This document shows positions 46,256 to 55,999 of a DNA stretch of 64,000 nucleotides, piece after piece; position 1 is the first letter of the stretch; the number at the start of each line of letters is the position of its first letter. Source of the DNA: an uncultured virus (IMG/VR IMGVR_UViG_3300042554_001855) (lineage: Duplodnaviria > Heunggongvirae > Uroviricota > Caudoviricetes). The notes below the pieces were generated by a model that was not told the origin of the DNA, made no database searches, and was given only the letters and a program-made list of their open reading frames with translations. A program made the translations under genes and the position numbers. Location of the stretch: IMG/VR virus record IMGVR_UViG_3300042554_001855, positions 1 to 64,000 of that record. One strand, written 5' to 3'.

Positions 46256-46855
46256 TTAATCAAAAAAGAACATGTGCCACAAGCGGCAGTTTTGAAGGCA
46301 GTCTCCAAAATATTCAGATGCTGAGTGAATATTTCCACCACTAAAAAGAACTAATCTGTTATAGACATTTCCTGCAACATCTACTGGTTCATATGGAGTT
46401 CTATCAAGAAATGTTCTTTGATTAAAGACTTTAAGACCTTGACCTGCTGCCCAATCAATTTGAGAATTATGGTGAATCTTAGTTTCTTTATGCCTCCACA
46501 TGGTAGTTCCACATTGTGGTGGAGCATCGGGTGTTAGATAAACCATACCAGCCCAAGTCTGGTCATCGCAGTGATAAACAAGTTTTTCCCCAGACCAATT
46601 ATGCTGAAAGCGACCATTCATTCCATGGTCTTCCCACTTGATAATTGGTTGTCCAAGAAGATCTTCAAATGCTTCTTTTGTTCCAGGAATGAAAAATTGC
46701 TTACGAGTTCTCCTGCCAATGTATCCAGCATCATCAAAGAAATCTTGCTCTAGAGCAAATTTTCTTACAGCATCTGGATCTCTATAGAAATTATCAACAA
46801 TGATTACTCTCTGAGATTTTCTATATTCAGGATTAACACTTAATAGTTGATTCAT
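46256..46855 (-). CDS. 2OG-Fe(II) oxygenase-like protein (DUF6445-like)
   Basis: IIVDNFY.DPD.VR, HCD, YLTP, NRLVLF...IHSA, R. Confidence 0.75.
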   Translation of the reverse strand: MNQLLSVNPEYRKSQRVIIVDNFYRDPDAVRKFALEQDFFDDAGYIGRRTRKQFFIPGTKEAFEDLLGQPIIKWEDHGMNGRFQHNWSGEKLVYHCDDQTWAGMVYLTPDAPPQCGTTMWRHKETKIHHNSQIDWAAGQGLKVFNQRTFLDRTPYEPVDVAGNVYNRLVLFSGGNIHSASEYFGDCLQNCRLWHMFFFD

Positions 46856-46856
46856 A

Positions 46857-47639
46857 TTAGAATCCTAGGTGCTTACTACGAACAAAATCCAAATCAAATG
46901 TTGTTGCAGAAATAAATTGTTCTTTACCCTCAAATGGCAATTCAGTTGGACCACAAATCCTCCAATCTTTACCCCACTTTTCAGTAAGGTAATCAATATT
47001 CATTGCATTAGATGCTTCAAGTTTTTCTTTCAGAGATGGATCATTCTTTTTAGTTTGACTTCCATGGGTGTAATACTCTTGCTTCTCACCAAACCCATGA
47101 TAGTACATACTATTCAATTCCATAACTTTACGAATTGGTCGATGCATGAAACGCATAATCATATCAGCATCTTCACAATAGGCAGGATATAGATTTTCAT
47201 CAAAAAGACCAAATGCCCTAATGATATTTTCTCTAATCAGGAATAAATCCCAACTACCAACACCATAGTCACCTTTGTTACCATGAACCATTCCGATCAT
47301 TTCATCAGAATTGACAGTATTCACCATCTCTTCTAAGAATCCTGGACCAAAGGATACGTCATCATTGCAGATAATCCAGTAGGGGGACATCAGATAACAC
47401 TTGATAATCAAGTTCCAAGATCCAGCAACTCCAAGATTGCCAGGAAGGTGGGCAACCTTAACTTTTTTCACATACTTATGCTTGATACTTGCCAGTTTAT
47501 CCAAGTCTTCATCAAGTTCTCCTCGACCATTATTATTAACAATGAATACTTCATCGACAGGATAGTCGATGCTCATGAGTAAACGACTAACCCAGAATGT
47601 ACTATTAACAACAGGTACTCCAATTACAGGTATAGACAT
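46857..47639 (-). CDS. GT-A fold glycosyltransferase (GT2-like)
   Basis: SIDYP...IVNN...NLGVAGSWN...CNDDV...GLFDENLYPAYCEDAD. Confidence 0.85.
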   Translation of the reverse strand: MSIPVIGVPVVNSTFWVSRLLMSIDYPVDEVFIVNNNGRGELDEDLDKLASIKHKYVKKVKVAHLPGNLGVAGSWNLIIKCYLMSPYWIICNDDVSFGPGFLEEMVNTVNSDEMIGMVHGNKGDYGVGSWDLFLIRENIIRAFGLFDENLYPAYCEDADMIMRFMHRPIRKVMELNSMYYHGFGEKQEYYTHGSQTKKNDPSLKEKLEASNAMNIDYLTEKWGKDWRICGPTELPFEGKEQFISATTFDLDFVRSKHLGF

Positions 47640-47643
47640 AAGA

Positions 47644-49521
47644 TTACAGAGAATTTAACATGTACTTTTCAGCTTTTTTAGTTTCACCATCAACGCAAAT
47701 CATTTTCTGAATGATTTTTTCATCAACCAATTCTGGATGCACCCACCAGTCTTCATAAGGTCTATTATCATCGGGTGAAATATTATCTACAACTAATTTA
47801 TAACCAAAAGACTCAAGGTACTTTCGAGACTTATCTCTGAAAGATTTTGTCTCATCACAATAGTAGTCATGCTCATAAGTAATGACAGCAAAGCGATGAG
47901 TCTCAAAAGGCATCGTCAGGAGTATCTTGTAGGTGACCTCAGGAGGGTCGCAATCAAGTTGTAGGTAGTCGATATCGGTTGGCATGTCTAACCCATTCAG
48001 GAACCGCTCGTAATTGACTTTGAGGGCATCTTTGAGTAAGCATGTATGCTTTCTCTCCTGATTATGGGCATTAACAAAGTTTTCATCAATATCAAGGGCA
48101 ACACCGTTCCATCCATATTTTGTTTCTAATAATGCAGTATTGTTTCCATAGAAAGCATTGCCTGCTCCAATTTCAAGGTATGTTCCATTCTTCTTACCAT
48201 TGAGCATGGAAAGAACAAACATATCCTGATAAGATTCTGCATAGTTCTTTTCAACCTCTTTAGAACCTTTAAACTTAAATCTTAATTTACCATGATTCTT
48301 TTTAGAATACCAATTCAACTTTGGTAATCCAGATGATTTATCACCAGTGAGTTTTTCAAGATTAGAAATAACTGCTTGGCGATGCACTTCATCAAGTTCA
48401 TAGTTGTCAAGCAAGTCCTGCAACATATCACGAGACTCATCACATAGACCACACCACCAAGATGATATGGCTTTCTCAAATAGAATTCCATAAAATCCTG
48501 GATAATCTACCTTAGTGCGTAGTGGTGGTGGATTCCTATCACAAAACTCTTCAGCAACACAAGCAGTTAGATAACAATCTTTCCAACTTCCATCCTGATC
48601 AGAGCGTTCATAGTATCTCGCAAGAAGAAAATGACCTTCAGGGCGAGATGGGATAACTGTGATTGCATTCTGAATCAAACCCTTAACAGTAAATTTACGA
48701 GTTCCTTGTTTGTCATAACACATCGAAGCACGAATAAGGCACTCATACTGAAGTAGTTTATCATCAGACCTTTCAGTAGTTCTCAGATAATATGACATTG
48801 CAGCAGCAGTCTGCCCAATTTCATCATAGAAAATAGCCAACTCATAGTTAATCTCAGGATCATCTGGATTTTGAATATAAGTTTCCAGAAGATTGATTAG
48901 ATATGACTCATCAACAATATCGTTTTCTGTGTTTTTCATTAATACTTTCGATGCAAACTGGTCAGGAGTAATTAAATTCAACCACTTCTTTCTATTTCTA
49001 GAAAAATTAGCAAAGTCTAATTTCTGAAATGCATTATCAAAAACTAACTTTTCTTGTTTGCCAACTTGAATGACTCCACATCCATAATCAGCATCCACAA
49101 CGCACATAGAAAGATCATCTCTTTCTTGTCTCAGAGTTACAAATGCTTTCCAACAATCTCCGTTCCAAATCCCACCACGGAAGGGAATAACCTGATGCTC
49201 TTCCAGTTCTGGGTTCATATCGTGGCAGACAATGTATCCACCAGGATTCAAAATCTTTAGTGAATTTATTATGTCACGATATACTTGGTCAGCATGATGC
49301 AATCCATCGATAAAAATTACATCAAAGTTCTCAGTATTTTTTTCAAAGAAATCATCTGAAGTTGCAAAAATTGTAGCTGGAGAAGTCAGTTCAGGATCGA
49401 CACCAACCTTATAATCGCATTTGATTTCCCTGAAATTCTCTCCTGCAGAGACACCAATCTCAAGATACTTTTTTGCTTTAACTTTATCAATTAGGGATTG
49501 AATAATATCAGTTCTCTTCAT
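47644..49521 (-). CDS. fusion of class I SAM methyltransferase, TPR-like region and FkbM-like methyltransferase
   Basis: YLEIGV...FDVIFIDGLHHA...VCHD; helical repeats; QDMFV...YLEIGA...IDYLQLD...ITYEHD. Confidence 0.8.
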   Translation of the reverse strand: MKRTDIIQSLIDKVKAKKYLEIGVSAGENFREIKCDYKVGVDPELTSPATIFATSDDFFEKNTENFDVIFIDGLHHADQVYRDIINSLKILNPGGYIVCHDMNPELEEHQVIPFRGGIWNGDCWKAFVTLRQERDDLSMCVVDADYGCGVIQVGKQEKLVFDNAFQKLDFANFSRNRKKWLNLITPDQFASKVLMKNTENDIVDESYLINLLETYIQNPDDPEINYELAIFYDEIGQTAAAMSYYLRTTERSDDKLLQYECLIRASMCYDKQGTRKFTVKGLIQNAITVIPSRPEGHFLLARYYERSDQDGSWKDCYLTACVAEEFCDRNPPPLRTKVDYPGFYGILFEKAISSWWCGLCDESRDMLQDLLDNYELDEVHRQAVISNLEKLTGDKSSGLPKLNWYSKKNHGKLRFKFKGSKEVEKNYAESYQDMFVLSMLNGKKNGTYLEIGAGNAFYGNNTALLETKYGWNGVALDIDENFVNAHNQERKHTCLLKDALKVNYERFLNGLDMPTDIDYLQLDCDPPEVTYKILLTMPFETHRFAVITYEHDYYCDETKSFRDKSRKYLESFGYKLVVDNISPDDNRPYEDWWVHPELVDEKIIQKMICVDGETKKAEKYMLNSL

Positions 49522-50500
49522 CGTACTTTCCAGCAATAAAATCTTCTACAACCTGAGGAGAAACTCTCAGCACATAAGCGGCATTATCTTGGAATCCAAA
49601 AGTCATTAGTAAGTCACCTTTATAGTAGCACATGCCCGTACAAAATTCAACATGGGCATCCATGAAAGAAAAGTCTTTAGAGAATCCTTGTATCTGCCAA
49701 TTTTTATCCCATACAAGAAATCTGTGACGATACAATCCATCCTTTCTACCAACTTCACTCTTAAACAAATCAACTTCGTGTGTAAGAGCGAAGTAATAAT
49801 TGTCTCCAAGGGGAAGCACATGAGAACCACCACGTACATCTCTGGGGATATCCACCATTTGAGTGAGAGCAATAGTCTCAGAAGTCCCTGCAGTAGGATT
49901 AACCTTGACAACTTCGGTAGGATTTGACCACTTTACATAGTGCCAATCCATATCGGGAATGGGCATCCAATTCTTTTCACAATAAGAATTAGGATCTTTG
50001 GGTGGTTCAATACGAACTCTTGAAACCTCTTTGACATAATCTTCTCCAACAACAATCTTGGACAGTTCCATTCTTCCCTGACCATTTGTTGTTGTATCCC
50101 TTCTTACACCAGAAATATACAAGTCTCCTCCCCAACGGAAAAGTCTAGCATCTTCTAGACCAACAAAATCCCAAAGAGGTTCTTTATCTAACTCAGAAGT
50201 ATCAATCTTATTGACTCTCGTTATTTTTAAACTATCATCCAACTCCAAATAATAATTCGTAGTCCTTAGGTGCATATCATTTTCAGGATGCACATAAGTC
50301 AAAGGACCCCACTGATGCTGAAAAGTTTTCTTTTCAGAGTGGTAGAATGTATAGTTCACATGGCGAAGATTTACCATTAACTTACCATTATCATTGTAAA
50401 TGGAAGGATTCATTAATCCCGTGCCATTTGTAAGATAAGAAGGAATGATTAAAGGATGAATACTACCACCATTATCTAAAGCAATTTTTGCAAAATGCAT
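49508..50500 (-). CDS. beta-propeller glycoside hydrolase/phosphorylase-like protein (GH130-like)
   Basis: MNPSI, GLEDARL, CEKNWMP, RGGS, VEFC.G, FGFQD motifs. Confidence 0.7.
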   Translation of the reverse strand: MHFAKIALDNGGSIHPLIIPSYLTNGTGLMNPSIYNDNGKLMVNLRHVNYTFYHSEKKTFQHQWGPLTYVHPENDMHLRTTNYYLELDDSLKITRVNKIDTSELDKEPLWDFVGLEDARLFRWGGDLYISGVRRDTTTNGQGRMELSKIVVGEDYVKEVSRVRIEPPKDPNSYCEKNWMPIPDMDWHYVKWSNPTEVVKVNPTAGTSETIALTQMVDIPRDVRGGSHVLPLGDNYYFALTHEVDLFKSEVGRKDGLYRHRFLVWDKNWQIQGFSKDFSFMDAHVEFCTGMCYYKGDLLMTFGFQDNAAYVLRVSPQVVEDFIAGKYDEEN

Positions 50501-50524
50501 ACACTTCAACTAAGGTTATTATCA

Positions 50525-50553
50525 ATTATACCAAATATATATGGGTTTTACAA
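50525..50553 (-). promoter_or_regulatory. sigma70-type promoter of the glycan-modification cluster
   Basis: TTGTAA-N17-TATAAT with TGG extension. Confidence 0.6.
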
Positions 50554-50556
50554 GTA

Positions 50557-52731
50557 TCAGGTTGCAACCCTGGATAAGTTATAAGAATGTACGGACGATT
50601 GAGTGGAGTATCTTCCAGGATCGAATGAAGCAGGCCAAGTTTGGTTACCAACATAAAATAGTCTATCATCCTGACAAATTGCCCACCATCCATCACCCTG
50701 AGATCCTTGTATTGATGCAATGGCTGAGAACCAGTTTGCTTGCAAGTTGCCTGCGGACTGAGTAGCATCAAATTCCCATGGAAGTTTGTTTCGGTTATCC
50801 ATTGTTTGACGGCCACTTCTAAAACTGACACCCTTTGCTCTACCTGGATCTGTTGTGGTATTACCACCGATAGTAAGACATCTTTGGTTAGAAGTTAGGA
50901 ATAATCCAAGTCTCCATTCATCATTTCCAGTACCAACTCTACTAATATCAATAACATCATTAGAACCACTATAAACTGGAACTGGGTATTGAAGATTTGT
51001 GTTTGACCATGGAAAATCACCAGTATTTTGGTTTTCTGCCAGGAGTTGATCAAGTGAAGTAAATCTATGGTAAGATTGCACACCAACACCATAAATCATT
51101 CCCGTACTTCTCTGTTTAATAAACAATCTTGGATTATTCTGGTCATTACTTAGCCAAAAATCTTCAACATCATTGTATAAGTCTGTAATATTCCATAAGC
51201 TCCTAAGACCAGATCCTGACACCTCAAGAGATCTAGCTCTATCCCACCAAACTTTTTGCATTGGAGAAAATCCTGTTCCACCATTTGGCTCATCCCCATC
51301 GTATGAACCAGAACTATAAAGGTTGGAACCAATCCAATTAAGAAGTCCAGCCATGTGCAAAACACCATCATTTGTAAGGACAACTGTAGTATAGTAAGTA
51401 TTATATCCAGCAGTTGCTATTTTTTTAATTCCGCCATGCTTTTCCCAATTATATAAAACTTTTCTTGGAGCACCAGTGTATTGGTCATTACCAACACCAA
51501 GTTGGTCATTACCATTCCATCCCCAACCCCATAGATTGCCATCTTCATCTTGAGCAAACCCATACTGATAGTTACCACCAGCTAACCAAAAATCTAAAAG
51601 TTTTCGGTTATCAAAATATTGCTGAGGAATTCTAGCTGGAACATAGCTATTAAACCAGTTATTATTATACCTAAAGTTTCTACCTAGTCCAGAGTATCCG
51701 TTATATCCCCAAGTCCATAGCCGACCATCAATATCCAGAGCACCATTAACACTACTTGAGTTGTTAGCATTAGACGAAGAACTTGTTCCAATCTTAATTG
51801 CCTGAATATCCCTTAAAAATCCCTGACCTCTACTCCCTTGAGAAGCCTGATACTGTTGAATTTGTTGGTTATAATCGAAACCACCACCAGTATTGTTTGT
51901 TCGACCAACTCTTCTCGAATAATATCTGTTAGTTGTTCCACCATCACCATGCTCCCCTGAACCCATCCAACCAGCCCAGAAAACTTCTCCATTATCAAAT
52001 AAGAATCCATACATGTGTTGGTCATCACCAACGATTTGAATACATCTTGGTCTTGACCAAGTTGTACCCTGAGTTACACTAGAGTTTCTATAATTATCAT
52101 AGTGGTCCCACCACTGGAATGTTGATTCAGCTGGATTATGTTGAGACGCACCAACTCCATATTCAGACCCACCATATCCATAGCTACTATGGCGACCTAT
52201 ATGAACTGCTTCAAACTCACCATTAATAAACGAATATCCCTGGTTAGATAAAGCACCATTATCTATTCTTCCAGGAATATGCCCCATATTTCTATCATTC
52301 CAACCCATAGGGTTGCGATTATTAAATTGTAGGATTCTATTTTCTTTATTCTGATTTGAACTAGCACTAATTCTTTGCCAATATGTTGTTGCTGATGTTC
52401 TTTCGTAGATAGGATGAATCATCCTACCATGCTTCATACAAACATAACGATCGCCATTATAATTTACTACATCTCCTGGATAGTAAGTTCCATTCTCCAT
52501 CCACTGACCAGTCCACATATAACCAGAGGAATATCTATCCCATCCCTGCGTATCATTTTCTGGTTTATATTTTTCACCATATAAATTATTTTCAGCATAC
52601 TTATCGGTTTTACAAATATAAGCGGCACCATTAACTCTTATAACATCATTTTTAGTATAAGAAACTCCTTCTCTCCACTCTCCACGGTAATTTAGAGTTA
52701 AATTATTAGCAAGACTAGTTAGCTTTTCCAT
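50557..52731 (-). CDS. RCC1-repeat protein with N-terminal RGEW..Y..NDV repeats (probably virion-associated)
   Basis: GRLWTWGYNGYSGLG, GNLWGWGWNGNDQLG repeats. Confidence 0.75.
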   Translation of the reverse strand: MEKLTSLANNLTLNYRGEWREGVSYTKNDVIRVNGAAYICKTDKYAENNLYGEKYKPENDTQGWDRYSSGYMWTGQWMENGTYYPGDVVNYNGDRYVCMKHGRMIHPIYERTSATTYWQRISASSNQNKENRILQFNNRNPMGWNDRNMGHIPGRIDNGALSNQGYSFINGEFEAVHIGRHSSYGYGGSEYGVGASQHNPAESTFQWWDHYDNYRNSSVTQGTTWSRPRCIQIVGDDQHMYGFLFDNGEVFWAGWMGSGEHGDGGTTNRYYSRRVGRTNNTGGGFDYNQQIQQYQASQGSRGQGFLRDIQAIKIGTSSSSNANNSSSVNGALDIDGRLWTWGYNGYSGLGRNFRYNNNWFNSYVPARIPQQYFDNRKLLDFWLAGGNYQYGFAQDEDGNLWGWGWNGNDQLGVGNDQYTGAPRKVLYNWEKHGGIKKIATAGYNTYYTTVVLTNDGVLHMAGLLNWIGSNLYSSGSYDGDEPNGGTGFSPMQKVWWDRARSLEVSGSGLRSLWNITDLYNDVEDFWLSNDQNNPRLFIKQRSTGMIYGVGVQSYHRFTSLDQLLAENQNTGDFPWSNTNLQYPVPVYSGSNDVIDISRVGTGNDEWRLGLFLTSNQRCLTIGGNTTTDPGRAKGVSFRSGRQTMDNRNKLPWEFDATQSAGNLQANWFSAIASIQGSQGDGWWAICQDDRLFYVGNQTWPASFDPGRYSTQSSVHSYNLSRVAT

Positions 52732-52740
52732 AGATTATTG

Positions 52741-53469
52741 TTATTCTGGAGATGAAGTTGGAGACCATCTAGTAAAGTTAATCATATCATTAGGATCAGA
52801 TGGTGGTGGTATATCTTCTACTTTTGTTATTTGTAAAATAGTTTGCTCTTCACTGGAAGGAGTTGTTGATATACCCAAGTAGTTTAGATATTCTGGGTCT
52901 TCAAAGTATTTATCCCTAATATTAGGATTACGCTGTAGTATTCTACGACAATAATCATCACCTAAAGATTCAGATAGTGACTCTGAAGTTTCAAATCTTA
53001 TATCAAATAATTCTTCTTCAGTTGTATTAGAAAGTATTTCCAAATCACCACTATATCTTTCTTGTTCTGGATTATCTGGATCCATAATCGCATCCACATC
53101 TGGAATATAAAATGCGGTTTTCAAAATATCCATTGTATAGTTTGGATGAATCGAATAATAACTCCTTTGTTCTGTATTTGGAGATGTTTGTGCAACGATT
53201 GTTGTATTAGCAACTCCAATCATGTTGCCAGATCTAAGTAATAAAATAACCTCAGGCTCAATCTGAAAATCTGGGTCTCTGACTTCAATTTCAGTTTTTT
53301 GCATTTCTTCTCCAATCTTTTCACCACCCTCATCAAAAATATAACAACATACATAATCGGTTCTGATACCAATAATAGGAGGTTCCTTTGGAAGACCAAT
53401 ATCGGGCCAGTTCATTGCATCATATGCTGAATTAATGGATATAATTTTTCTTTCAGTATTGATAGCCAT
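52741..53469 (-). CDS. hypothetical acidic protein
   Basis: 242 aa ORF with GGAGG RBS, between RCC1 genes. Confidence 0.7.
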   Translation of the reverse strand: MAINTERKIISINSAYDAMNWPDIGLPKEPPIIGIRTDYVCCYIFDEGGEKIGEEMQKTEIEVRDPDFQIEPEVILLLRSGNMIGVANTTIVAQTSPNTEQRSYYSIHPNYTMDILKTAFYIPDVDAIMDPDNPEQERYSGDLEILSNTTEEELFDIRFETSESLSESLGDDYCRRILQRNPNIRDKYFEDPEYLNYLGISTTPSSEEQTILQITKVEDIPPPSDPNDMINFTRWSPTSSPE

Positions 53470-53481
53470 TTTGTTTCCTCC

Positions 53482-55986
53482 TTAACCTGCCCAATTCAAT
53501 GATGGAACTGTCCCATAAACGGTTCCACGATAAGAAGCGAATCCCCAGTCATAGTTACGTCCTGTTTGCATTACTTCTCCATTATCAAATAAGGTTTGAC
53601 TTCTAACATTATGATTCACTCCAAGAGTTCCCTCATAATCTCCTGTGCTACTTATATCTATACAAGCGGACCCACCCCAAGGATGAGAATCATATGCTGT
53701 CATTGGATTTGCCATATAATATGGAGCATGGATTTTTCTTGCAACAGCGTATTGTGATTGTCCATTTTGTTGGTGCCTTGCATTATTGTTTGCGATTGTA
53801 GAATCTCTACCAATTCCACCAACACCATATCCATTCCAACCTGTTGCATAGACATAACCCTTTTGATCAAGGAAGTGTTGTGTCGTGCCACCCGATCTAC
53901 CAGCAGAAGACATACAAACAATATTTGTAAGTGCTTGTGTTGAAGTATTTCCTGGACCAAGAATAATGTTTGGAGATGTTCTAGAAGATGGTGCAGAACC
54001 TGTAGTTAAATTGTAATGACCATCATAACCAACACCATAAGTATTTCCATTCTGAGTTCTATACCAAATATGCCCATATCCACCATCATCAATATCTACC
54101 CATACATTTACAATTTGTGCAGCACCAGTCCATGATGTTCTTCTTGTAATTGTTGAAGAGTTACTGTTATTCGTTGTAGTGCCATCACCCAATTGACCAT
54201 ATCCATTGTATCCACATGTCCAAACGTATCCTTGACCATCAAGAAGTGCGATGGTATAAAGATTTTCTGAAGAAGCAACAACAAGTTTTTGAATACCACC
54301 ATAAGTGTTCCAATTGACGGGAACTTTGAGAGGAGTATATGAGCGGTCAGAATCCCTGAATCCACTGTTTGTTGGATACATCAATTGACCTTGATGATTG
54401 TATCCCCAAGACCAAAGGTTTCCTGCTTCATCAAGTGCGTATGAAGTTCTATGTCCAGCCCAAATATCTACGATTCTATTTCCACCGAAGAAGAAATCTT
54501 TATTCATTGTATGAATCAACCAGGCACGGTTGTTCACACCCATACCATTATCTTCAAAATAATAAATGTCTGGAGAATTACCACTACCAGAAGTGGTTCC
54601 AGAGTCAGAAGAAATACCACACTGACCTGTATCGTTTCTACCCCAGCAGTGAATCTCACCATATTCATCAAGAGCAATACAATGGGCATCACCGTCTCTA
54701 GATTGATGTCCACCAGTTACAAGTTTTACGATTGAACGATTCTTGAATGCTTTTCTAGGAATTGTAAATGCAGCTTGAGTTGCCTGACCATCATCGTTGG
54801 AGTAACCGTCACGACCATGGTTTGACTGACCTGAAACATGAACTCCGCCATCAGAAGTTAGGTGCCACCTATTATCATTCCAAGCTTGCATAGATTGGAT
54901 AATTCTAGGTGTTCTTCTCGTCATATGGAATGGGTTATTTCCAAAGTTTGCCCATTCACCACTGTTAAAATCAATGTGATATGGTACATCATTTTCTTGA
55001 GCCTCGATGTGAGCACCACCATCACTATGCATATAAGCATTACTAGTTCCACTCTCAGCCATAATGACGCCCTCGCCATTAATAAACTGCTCAGAGTTTC
55101 TATATGACATATGACCTTTATTCCATCCTGGATTCCATCTCCAGGCATGGACTGAAGTTGATCCGATTCCTAAAGATGTATTCCAAGGAATATTTCCATT
55201 CCATCTATTAACCGTTCCCCATTGTGGTCCAAGAATATATGGATGACCTTTCCATCCAAAAGGTTGGTTATTGACAAATCCAAGGCAACGGTCTGATGGC
55301 ATTAAGTCATCACCTCTTGAAAATACTTCCCATGCGCCAAGATGATCAAATAAGGGATCAACGTTTGAATGTCCTACACCACAAATGTAAGATGAATTCC
55401 TTCTCTTAACAATATCTCCAGGATAATATGTGGTTCTTTGTGACCATGTTCCAACATGAGCTGTTCCATCAGAATATAAGTCCCAATCAACTTCATTGGT
55501 TGCAATCTCATATTGACCCATCATTCTTCTTGGTCCAAGAACAATTGGGTCATTAGTTACAACTGCAGTATTGAGCCCAACACTCGTTAGATATAGGACA
55601 GCAGTTGTTGAGGTAACTGTACCAATTGAGGTAATCCCAGCATAAGTATCAAAGTGTTTTGAGTAAAGTCTTAAACCTGTTCTAGGAGACTGATTCCATG
55701 GACCTTTTGGTGCCTCGGGATAATATGATGTTACAATTCCTGCTGTTTGAGTTTGAGGATTAAATCCTGTAAAAGTAACAGTAACAATGCTTGTTTGAAT
55801 CCCCAAACTAGCAATTGATCCATTTAAAGTTGGAAGTACAATTGGAGCATGTGCTTTGGGGACATCATTTTTGTAGATATAAAGTCTATCTTCAAAGGTT
55901 ACAATGTCACCTTTGCTATAAGTTGTAGCAGGAACGTATGCTCCTCTATGAACAAATTTAACTTTTCCTAGTGTTACGACGGCCAT
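53482..55986 (-). CDS. RCC1-repeat protein
   Basis: GEIHCWGRNDTGQCG, GNLWSWGYNHQGQL, GYVWTCGYNGYGQLG. Confidence 0.8.
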   Translation of the reverse strand: MAVVTLGKVKFVHRGAYVPATTYSKGDIVTFEDRLYIYKNDVPKAHAPIVLPTLNGSIASLGIQTSIVTVTFTGFNPQTQTAGIVTSYYPEAPKGPWNQSPRTGLRLYSKHFDTYAGITSIGTVTSTTAVLYLTSVGLNTAVVTNDPIVLGPRRMMGQYEIATNEVDWDLYSDGTAHVGTWSQRTTYYPGDIVKRRNSSYICGVGHSNVDPLFDHLGAWEVFSRGDDLMPSDRCLGFVNNQPFGWKGHPYILGPQWGTVNRWNGNIPWNTSLGIGSTSVHAWRWNPGWNKGHMSYRNSEQFINGEGVIMAESGTSNAYMHSDGGAHIEAQENDVPYHIDFNSGEWANFGNNPFHMTRRTPRIIQSMQAWNDNRWHLTSDGGVHVSGQSNHGRDGYSNDDGQATQAAFTIPRKAFKNRSIVKLVTGGHQSRDGDAHCIALDEYGEIHCWGRNDTGQCGISSDSGTTSGSGNSPDIYYFEDNGMGVNNRAWLIHTMNKDFFFGGNRIVDIWAGHRTSYALDEAGNLWSWGYNHQGQLMYPTNSGFRDSDRSYTPLKVPVNWNTYGGIQKLVVASSENLYTIALLDGQGYVWTCGYNGYGQLGDGTTTNNSNSSTITRRTSWTGAAQIVNVWVDIDDGGYGHIWYRTQNGNTYGVGYDGHYNLTTGSAPSSRTSPNIILGPGNTSTQALTNIVCMSSAGRSGGTTQHFLDQKGYVYATGWNGYGVGGIGRDSTIANNNARHQQNGQSQYAVARKIHAPYYMANPMTAYDSHPWGGSACIDISSTGDYEGTLGVNHNVRSQTLFDNGEVMQTGRNYDWGFASYRGTVYGTVPSLNWAG

Positions 55987-55999
55987 GATTTATACCTCC

